A stretch of 64,000 bases of DNA. Source: Takakia lepidozioides. Its lineage: Eukaryota; Plantae; Bryophyta. The translations under genes and the position numbers were made by a program. Positions 39,226 to 48,925 of this stretch are shown piece after piece. The DNA lies in NCBI GenBank assembly GCA_030704615.1, contig CM060731.1:48422001-48486000 (forward strand), read 5' to 3'. The first letter of the stretch is position 1. Each line of letters starts with the position of its first letter. The notes under the pieces were generated by a model. It was not told the DNA's origin, ran no database searches, and saw only the letters and a program-made list of their open reading frames with translations.

Positions 39226-42011
39226 CTGAGATCAAAAGGCGTTTTCCCAAGGCTAGAGTAGAAGAGATTCTCAAGGACCTGGACCTGGATCCGCAAGTCT
39301 TGACCCTGCACCTTAAATCCAACTTAGAGGCTGTAGTGTCCAAAGCCATGTCTATTGCCATGAGATTGTCTGATGAAAATGAAGTTAGGCAGAAAACTTC
39401 CCTGAACTTGTTTCTAGTCAGTGACATGGGGGAGGACATCTTGGATGACCTCAAGGGTCCACCCACTCTCGGCACTAGACTGAAATTTAAACTCAGGGAA
39501 GGAAGCCTACCTTTGAACATCAAACAGAAGCAGAGAGGAAAGGGGGAGTGCACTCTCCCAAGTGAACCTGCATTATTCAGTTGGCAAGCAAGTGTCTGAA
39601 AAATTGATCCATTTGAAGACACCACGGTGCAGCTGAACACGGCCTGACGTGACAACAATTAAACATCATACTGAGACAAGAGAAGCAGTCAAGGACATAG
39701 TCATGCATATGGCAGCAAGTGATCACCCTTCAAACATGATTGAAAACATACATGAGGTCAAAGGCAATTCGAAATCAGCGAAGGGTACTGTAGCTAAGAG
39801 TTGGAGTGTCTTTAAAGACAAAGGGAAGAGAAAGAAACACTTCACTGGCAATGAGGGGAGGCTGTGGAAACGCCAAGAGGATGGCACAAATGATAGAAAT
39901 AACAGGGTTGGGCAAAGGATCCTGCAGGAAGAAGAAAGGGTATGTCAGCATGGAAAGGACGTGCAGCTCATTCCAATGGAAAGGGAAACATTCGTGCAGT
40001 TAAGTACAACAACCAATTGCCCTTCAATTATGGCTGGAATTTTCCAAAAGGCGAGGGATGATAAGGAGGAGAATAGGCCTGATACAGTGAGTTGCTTAGG
40101 GGCAATGAAACAACTTTCTTTTGAAGAAATCAGCAATTACACAAGCAAGGGAAGGAAACTATAGTCCTTGTATGTGAAAGGAGGGTAATATGGTGCAAGT
40201 GCAAAAGGAAGGGAGGCACAAGGAGGTCACTTACTGCTAATTGGGATATGCTAGAGATCACAAGAAGGGAACAGGGGTACCCAGTAAGCAGAAGAGCAGC
40301 TGAGCAGGTGTGGGATGATGTTCGGGCTGCAAACACAACGGCGAGCCAAGCAACTGTCACTACAACTAAAGATACGAGTAAGTGGAGCAACATGATGGCA
40401 GCATGGAATATCTGCCGAGGGATGCTGGTTGGCAAGGAGCTGCGACATATGGTGAATGAGGAGAGAGACATGTCCCGAATCAACATGGTTCAAACACGAT
40501 CTGAAAGATGTAAAGAAAAGGTGCATTTGAAGGCAGAAGGGTATTATTTTCAGACTCGTGAAGAGCCTAATTACACAAGAGAAGAACGAGAAGGCAAGCA
40601 AGGAAAAATCTCACAAGCGGAAATGCAACCCTAAACGGCGAAAGTAGAACATACACGACGAGCACTGGAGAACATACCCATGAAACGTCAAGCATGTGCA
40701 CCACGTGCAGTGAAGGGAAGAATGTATGGGGGGCAGCAGTTATAACTGAACTACAAATGCGTTTGCTGCACTCAGTGACGAAAGAATACGGAGAAGCGGT
40801 GAAACTGCCATATGTGTTTATCTATGGACATTGGACACAAAAGAAAGGATGTTGGGCGCACCTGCGATTCATGGAAAACCAAAAGACAACAGGTGTCGAT
40901 AGATTGCGGAGCTAGTGGAGCTCAGGACATTCTGTCTGAGTATGTGAGACTTCCTACAGACAATAAGGGAAATTTTTTCACAGTGCGTCTAATCGAAGAC
41001 TGCTCTTCAGCAGTCTGCTTCAACTGCAGCCAAATGCTCCACATTAAGGTGGATTGCCCAACAGGAAAGAGAAAGCTTTCTCCAGCATCCAAGCTGCCAC
41101 TGGGCAGCCAAACTAGAGGGTCAAATGGCAGGGTCTCCCTCCAGTGCAACAACAACAATCAAGTGCTCAATCCCAAGATCTCCGTTCTTCGGCCCAAACT
41201 CTTCCCCCCAGTGATCACTTGCAAGTTGCGGGCAGTAGAGGTGCCTTCCAACACCATATCAGCAATCAGGACCCTATGCAACTCGAAGCGGCATCCACCC
41301 CTCGCAGGCAACCACTTGGCAAAAAAGATAGCAGCAGAGCTGCTGCACAAATCAAACCCTAAACTCCATCAGCACAAAAAGCTATGCCTTCTATGGTGGT
41401 CCACTCTCCAAAATTCTTACCAGTATTGCAAACAATCCATCTTTTGCAAAAACTTGCCTCAGGCAGGCTTCATTTCCAGGCCAAGACCTGAAAGGGTGCT
41501 CAGCCCTGGAATCCACGGAAGCGTCATTAGCAACATGTGTCACGCCAATCATTTATAGGAAAGGAAATAGGCCTAATGTGCTCATTACCTCTGATGACTG
41601 GGAATCTAGTGCCCCCACATTGTCCTACCATGCCCTGTGGAGAGGAGGGGAGAGGAGAGGAGGGAAAAGAGAAAGCCCACGGAAGGGAAGGCGAACGCGG
41701 GAGAGGAGGAGAAAGAAAAGAGAAAGCCGCGGGAGATCAGGGGAGAAAGATCGTGGAGCGAAAAAAAAAAAAAACAAACAAAACGACGATCCCACGATTT
41801 GATCTCGGGATGCATCGCGGCAAAATCGACATTCTTACCACTACACTATCCCTTAAAACTCAACAACCCCCTCCTGTAAAATTATATTTAAGGTGTTTTA
41901 AACCCCCCTCTGTATGTATAATGTTGTACATGGGGGGGTTTAAAATACCCCCTCCTGTGCACGCACGTGGCTGGTACATTTAATGAGGAGTGCACCCCCC
42001 GGGCATGGTGA

Positions 42012-44065
42012 CACCTGGAGTTGTCTTGTTAGACAACCAGGATGGCATTTTCTCTTTGAGTGGACCGGCAGGCAAGAAGTACCGGCCACTGCGGGTCTTG
42101 TTGGACTCGGGAGCTCAGCCACTGATGTTGGGCAAAGCTGCTATTGCAGGTTTGGGCCTCATGGAGGCAGATATGGGGCCTTGTCCTTTCCAGATACAGA
42201 CATCTCTGGGAGGATCAGAGCAGGCTCGGGGCATGACACGGCGTGAGTTGGCCATTGGACTACAAGCAGATCATCCTGTAGATGGCTCAGTGATGCGAGC
42301 CAAGGCTATTGTGACAGACGCGGTCTCTTACAATGTCCTCATTGGTGGGGCAGTGTTATATCCCATGGGCTTCACCCTGGACTTTTGGGAGGAGTCAGCA
42401 TCCTACAGGCCTGGATGGCAGTCAGGGGATGGTCGTCGTGCACAGCTCCCTGTGACATTCATTGGGGGTATTGCGGCTGCCCAACGGGGCAAGATGCCAA
42501 CACTAGCCGCCTTTACAGCTGCAGTTAGTTGGCCTGGAGAGTTGCTGGAAGGCAATGCCCATGCAGAGGATGTGCCACCTCCAGCAGAGCAGGATGACAT
42601 GCATGGTATGGCGGAGTTGTCTGCCATGGTTGCTCACACTCCATTGTGGGGTACGAGCAAGGATTTGCAGCAGGTTGCTGATCGACGGGTGCAACAAGCC
42701 TGGGTAGAGGCTTTTGTACCGTCAAGAGAGGAGGAGAGTGCGGGTATTGCACCAGGACCACCTCAGTTGTCACCATTGGATACCACACCTATTGTGTGGC
42801 AGTATATGGATGAAAGCATTTGCTTTCTGGACTTGTTTGGCGGGATCAGCACCGGATTGGCTGCTGTGCTACAGGCAGGTGTGCGGGTAAGGCGTTACTT
42901 GTATGTGGAGAGGGATGAGACTGCACGACGCATCTCACTGCGCCATGTGGCTCAGTTGGTACAGCAGTACCCTGACTTGTTGCCTGTGTCTGCAGTTCGT
43001 GGATACCAACAAGCCTTGCCAGCAGACATTTCCTTGTTGGGGGCGCAAGATTTGGAGCAGGTTGGCTCCATTGATCTGATAGTGGCAGGTTGGCCCTGCC
43101 AAGGGCATTCATCATCCGGGCATGACAATGGATTGCGAGACTCGAGGACGGGTCTGTTTTGGGAGATGGTGCGGGTTTTGCGCCACTTGCAGCTTCATCA
43201 AGCTGTATCTCCAGCATACATCTTGGAGAATGTGCCACTGATGGATGATTCTCGGGCCAGGGTGATGGCCAGTGTGCATCAAGTCCGGTCGTGGCTTGGG
43301 TCAGCAGTGCTGCTGGATGCAGCTGCAGTGGGATCACGGGCTCATCGTCCACGGCTTTGGTGGACTAACTTGATGCCACCCGCACTGCTCAAGCGTGCAT
43401 TTGATGGGGTGCAGCGGCCAGCACACCTCACCGTGGATGGCATTTTGGACACAGGGAAGCAGTCTCAACGTGTGAGACACGATGACCGTTCGCCTTTGGC
43501 AGTGGTCAACAGGGTGGGTCAACCACGAGCAGCATTACCTACACTGCTCAGCTTCCCAGGATCCCATGCTTTTCGGGATGGTGGACCTGGCCTCTTGTGG
43601 GATAGCCAGTTGCAACAGTTAGTGGAGCCTAATGCCGACGAGCGAGAGCGGGCTATGGGATTTTCCACTAGGACCACGGCCGTGCCTTCTCTTTCTGAGG
43701 CATCACGTCGTCAGGTGTTGGTGCAAGCAATGGATCTCAATTGCTTGACCTGGATTATCAGTTTGGCTATGGCTGAGCAACGTAGAGTGCGGAGTGCACT
43801 TCCCTTGACGGTCTCTCTACCTACCGAGACGGTACAGGCAGCGAGTGGGGGCGAGCCGGTGAGGACCACGGGGTGTAGACATCCATGGCACACGTGGGAG
43901 GTGCTCGAGGTTCAGAGGGAGTTGGCAGCCAAGGCAGCTGTGATGGATGAGGTTGGGGATTCTTCTCGGGATGAGGAGGTTCTCAATGATGAGATGATGG
44001 GGCAGGATGAGGCCTTGTCATTGACTGAGCAGGCAGGGAATACTGCTCAAGAGGTTGCAACATAG
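42012..44065 (+). CDS. Gypsy aspartic protease followed by a DNMT3-like C5-cytosine DNA methyltransferase domain (~42815-43770)
   Basis: Protease LLDSGA (42104). MTase motifs in order: I FLDLFGGISTG, II YVERD, III ADI, IV AGWPCQG (Cys at 43097), V RTGLFWE, VI LENV, VIII HRPRLWWTN, IX ERERAMGF, X RRQVLVQAM. Confidence 0.92.
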
Positions 44066-47000
44066 CAACCACTGGACGCCTCCTCTACCTCTAAGCCCAC
44101 TGGACTTAAGGTTGCAGTTACGGAGGACAATTGGGAGCCTGACATTGGACCCATTGTCACCGGAGGAGAGAGACGACGTATACGGCAGTTCCTGAGGGCT
44201 TACAGGAATTGCTTTGCCTTCAGTTTGAAGGACTTGGGAGCACTGAAGGGTCGAGAGATCCGTATTGAGTTGGCCACTGACACGCCAATCTTTCGGAGAC
44301 CCTATAGATACAGTGACATGGAGAGGTCTTTGATTCAGATGAGGACTCAAGATCTCTGGGAGGCAGGTTTGGTGGAGCTCTCTGGTGGAGAGTATGCTTC
44401 TGCCACAGTGATGCCAGCCAAGAAGGATGTCTATGGCAATTGGACGGAGAGACGTATGTGCGGTGATTACCGGCCTGTAAATCGTCAGACCAAGTCCGAT
44501 AGGTATGCCATGCCGACACCAGAGGAGATCTTTGATGCCATTGGGCATTCCAAGGTCTTTAGCACGTTGGATTTACGATCCGGATATCACCAGTTGCCGA
44601 TCAAGGAGGCGGATAAGCAAAAGACGACATTATGGGGATCAATGAGCACGGGAAGGATTGCCTATACCAGTGGCGGTTCTTACCATTTGGGCTTAAAAAC
44701 GCTCCCGCTGAGTTTCAAAGAGTCATGGACAGGATTCTAGCAGGGGTGGAGTTTGCTCGGTGCTACATAGATGACATCATCATCTTTAGTGCTACGGTGG
44801 AGGAGCATGAGAGACACCTTCAGGTGGTATTGGAGCGCTTGAGAGCGCACGGATTGAAGTTACATCCGGGCAAGTGCAAACCAGATTGAGTATCTGGGTC
44901 ACATGATATATCCTGGAGGATTGGGGGTACAGCAGACTAAGGTAGAGTCCATTGCACAGGTTCCATGCCCCACGGATGTGAGCCGAGTTCGAGCTTTCAT
45001 GGGGTTAGCAAACTATTACAGACGGTTTGTTAAGGGATTTAGTGCCATTGCAAAGGCTCTAACCAAGTTGACCAAGGTGGACCAGGAGTGGCAGTGGGAA
45101 GATGAGCAAGAACAAGCTTTTCAAGAGCTCAAGGCGAGGTTGACCTCGGCGCCCATCTTGAGACGACCTATCAGGGGGCGTCTTTTTCAGCTGCATACAG
45201 ATTGGAGCATGCTGGGGCTTGGAGCGGTGCTCACACAGGTGGATGATGAGGAAGAGAGTTCGTAGTGGCTTATGCTAGCCGCTCGAACAATGCTGCAGAG
45301 TCTAAGTATAGCTCATATGAGGGAGAATGCTTAGCTGCAGTGTGGGCCGTGGCACACTTCAGGTGCTATCTATACGGCAATCTCTTCACCCTTGCCACGG
45401 ATCACCAACCACTCAAGTGGTTGATGGAGTCAGACAAGCTTACGGGGAAGCTTGCACGGTGGGCACTCATCCTTCAAGAGTATGACTTTCAGGTGGTGCA
45501 TCGACCGGGTTTGGTCAATCGCAATGCATATGGGTTGAGTCGCAATCCATGCACGAGCTAGCAGGATGACACTGGAGCTCGGTGGCATGGTGAGACAGAC
45601 GAGGAGATGGTGCCCGGATGGCATGCATCTGCATTTCTGTGTATCTTGGCAGCGGAAGGCCAGGTTGGACCTGCAACATGGATGACTGTAGATCAAGTGT
45701 CTGAGGACCCTGAGGCCAGCAATGAGTAAGGTGGCGCCAAAGATATACATGAGGATTCAGTTGTGTTGGACTACCTCTGCACTGGAGACACTGCAGCCAC
45801 TATGACTGCCAAGGAGATGGATCGGATCCTACAACGAGCCAAGAGGTTCAAGTGGGAGGGGACACACCTGCTCCGAGTGTGGGAGGATGGTCGAGTGAGG
45901 ATTGTGCCTCACCCAACACAGCGGGCACGGTTAGTGCGGCATGCCCACGAGGAGTTGGGGCTTTTTGGGGTGCGACGCACCCATAGCCTACTGCAGGGGC
46001 AGTATTGGTGGCATGGTATGCACACAGAGGTGCAACAATTTGTGGCTAGGTGCATGGTGTGTGACAGGGTGCGTGCTTCATTCAACGCCCCTACTCCACA
46101 ATTGCACCCTCTTCCAATCATGGGATTGGGCTACAGGTGGAGTCTTGACTTCGCAGGGCCGTTGCCACTGACCATGCGTCACAACAAGTACGTGTTGGTG
46201 ATGGTGGAGCACTTCTCCAAATGGATTGAGTTGGTTCCATTGCCTGATAAGGCTAGTGACGGAGCTGCGTATGCATTCTTGGATTGTGTGCTTAGCCGAT
46301 TCGGTGCTCCAGCTAAGGTACTCACGGACCAAGGGAGAGAGTTCTTGGGGGGAGTTTCAGGCTTTGTGTGACAAGACCTTGATAGACCACCGCACCACTT
46401 CTCGGGATCATCCTGAGGCCGATGGCTTGGCAGAGAGAGTTGTTCAGACAGTAAAGAGGGGTTTGCGCAAGTATGGCTTGCAGAAGGGACACCTAGGAGA
46501 TTGGGACCTTCAGTTACCCTGGTTAGTCATGGGCTACAAGTTCAGCAAGCAAGCATCACTTGCCTCCTTCTCACCATACTTTCTTCTCTTTGGCCGAGAG
46601 CCGGATTTGCCTACATCCATTCGCAGAGAAGCTGCTACAGTTCTTAATCTTGACGATCCAGACGTGTGGGCACGTGCATGTGAGCAGCGTGCAGAGTTGT
46701 TCAAGAAAGTCATGCCCATGGCTTTCGAGAACCTTGCCATTGCACAACACCGTGATACGTTGAGGTATGCTACCATACGTGGTGGGGGCTATCGTCATGG
46801 GGTTCGGAGATTCAACCTTGGTGACTATGTCTATCTGCAGCAGACTACTCTTACGACCCTGGATGTGACTGCATGACGTGTTATTTTGAGGGTTCGAGAG
46901 GTCTTGCCCTCAGGCGTCTTGGTCTTGGAGGGTCGGGATGGCATAACGTGGAAGGACCATGTGCGTAATTGTGCGCCCTGTCACCTTCCGAATGTCGATG

Positions 47001-47188
47001 GTAGGATTGACCCAAACCTGGCAGTGGTATCTGCAGGTTTGAGGTGCATGTTGTGTGGGTCTGCTAGAGGGGCAGCCACCATGCTGGTGTGTGATCGATG
47101 CTCTCGAGGTTGGCATATGGGATGCTTGACACCACCTCTTGAGATGGTTCCGGATGGGGATTGGTTATGTCCACATTGCATTGGATAG
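44066..47188 (+). pseudogene. pol: Gypsy RT-RNase H-integrase-PHD, with frameshifts and nonsense codons
   Basis: RT: RMCGDYR..N, LDLRSGYHQ, PFGLKNAP, YIDD. RH: HTDWS..GLGAVL, YASR, TDHQPL. INT: degenerate HHCC, SLDFAGP, TDQGREF, GLAER. PHD: CMLC...CDRC.RGWHMGC...WLCPHC. Confidence 0.93.
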
Positions 47189-47593
47189 TGAAAGTGGATA
47201 CACCATGGAAGGCTAACAAGAAACGCAAGGCCCAGCTACTAGGAGACCTTGAACACACGAGATCCTGGCTCAAGTTCACAGATTGCAAGACAGCGACTAA
47301 CGATGGGGCTACACTTGTACCCGGCCTCTTGGTCGATAGAGTTTGAGCACAATAGGGACAGGGATAGAGGACTTAGTACGGCTGTGGCTATTACATCTTG
47401 TAGCTATCTGGAAGTAGAGGGACCTATCCACCAGCTAGGGGGGCGATTGTGGTAGACTACTTTATTGTGCATATATGTGTGGTGTGGTTTGGACAGCGAT
47501 GTAGTTGTGTTGCGATACGTATGCGCACGACATATTCCAAAAATGACAACGTGAGGAATTGGGTCATTGTGGTACTTTAACATTGGTCACAAC

Positions 47594-48054
47594 CAATGTT
47601 GGACTAGTATACCGATAAGAAACTGGTTTCAATACTGGTATGTATACTGGTATGAAGTACCAGACCACTTTGGTATCACCTCAGGCCACTACCTAGCATA
47701 TACCTGTATTGGCCTCGTATCTGCTTCCTAATATTGTGGACGATACCATACCCGTCTGGTAGGTGGTTGAAAATCTGGTACCTGATACGGCCAGTACCAT
47801 ATCCATATTTGTGAGGAAAACCTAGGTATCAATACTTTGAGGAACTTGACATATCATGAGTTTTTTTTTTATACCAGACCAGTATTGATAATACCCTGGT
47901 ATCAATTTCTAAAAACTCTTGCTATGGATACCACCATGGTATCCAAATCTCATATTTTGCCAGTACCAGTACCTCCCTGGTATCACAATTGGCCGGAGGC
48001 CTATATACCAGTACCAGCCTGGTGTGTTCAAAATATGATACCAGTCCAACACTG
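47594..48054. mobile_element. Non-autonomous hAT-type MITE (461 bp)
   Basis: TIRs CAATGTTGGACTAGTAT / ATACCAGTCCAACACTG, 8-bp TSD GTCACAAC (47586-47593 and 48055-48062), many internal ATACCAG/CTGGTAT repeats. Confidence 0.88.
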
Positions 48055-48345
48055 GTCACAACGAGGCTGAAGACGAGGATAATTAAGATGCAAATTTCTA
48101 TAACTTTCCACCTGTCATTTTTATGTCTTCATCAAGGACTAGGGATCTCCAGTGGACATCACATTCCATATTGACATGCACTTAGCTTTTTTATAGTCTG
48201 CTTTCTGAGTGTCTTAATACCAGGTACTAACGAGGAGTCTTTAATTTAAATACTTGTTTGTCCGTTTCAATGAATCTTCCATAATATTTGTTTCTTCATT
48301 TTATTTTATTTTCTGCCCTACTAACACATACTAAGTTCTAGCCAT

Positions 48346-48925
48346 AATTGTTTGTCCATTTGTACCTTAAACCCAAACCCAAAACCCATGCCCTAAACCC
48401 TTAGCCTTACCCTAAACCAACCTTACTGTACTACCCTACTTACACCCCAAACCTTATTCTACTACCATGTTACGTCTTTCCAATGTTTCATGCTCTTTTA
48501 ATAATTTTTTTTGTTGGATAAGGTACAATAGAGTAGCGAGTGTGAGTCTTCCATATTTGTTTGTCCATTTGTACCCTAAATCCAAACCCTGTACTCTTAC
48601 CTTACCGTAAACCCAAAACCTTGTGGTACCACCCTAGTTACACCCCAACCTTATTATACTACCCTGTTATCTCTTTCTAATGTTTCATGCTCTTTTAATA
48701 TTTTCTTTTGTTGGATAAAGTTCGATAGAGTGGTTACATGGATATAAAATTTCCCAAACATTATTAGTTTCAACGAGTGCAAGTCTTCCATATTCCAAAA
48801 TCCAAACCCTAAACCCTTACCCTTACCGTAAACCCAAACCTTATTGTACTTCTCTAGTTACACCCCAAATCTTATTGTACTACCCTGCTACCTCTTCCCA
48901 ATGTGTCATGCTCTTTTAATATTTT
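48346..48925. repeat. Three diverged ~200-240-bp tandem units containing telomere-like CCCTAAA/CCCAAA motifs
   Basis: AAACCC..CTTACC..TAAACC...TTACACCCCAA.CCTTATT.TACTACC.TG...CATGCTCTTTTAATA occurs three times. Confidence 0.75.

Larger units (their letters stand above)
33015..42003 (-). mobile_element. P-element-like DNA transposon (8989 bp) inserted into the gypsy gag-pol
   Basis: TIRs CC[T/C]GGGGGGTGCACTC-N18-CACGTGCGT at both ends. 8-bp TSD CATGGTGA (33007-33014 and 42004-42011). Removing the element restores the frame ECAMVTPGVV. Confidence 0.9.
27150..47530 (+). mobile_element. Decayed Ty3/gypsy LTR retrotransposon (ORF0, gag-PR-DNMT-RT-RH-INT-PHD); left boundary uncertain
   Basis: Domain order PR-RT-RH-INT. 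PPT AGGGGGG at 47437-47443 is followed by TGTGG at 47448 (probable 3' LTR start). Candidate 5' LTR end CGCTACA near 27699. No matching LTR pair could be aligned by eye. Confidence 0.75.

Noticed and set aside
42815-43770. Bacterial restriction-modification methylase, or a host DRM/DNMT3 gene
   Set aside because: In frame between retroviral protease and RT, intronless, non-permuted, with no UBA/PWWP domains and no nuclease partner.
27150-47530. Matching LTR pair and TSD for the gypsy element
   Set aside because: The sequence after the PPT (47448 onward) could not be aligned to anything upstream, so boundaries and age are not claimed.
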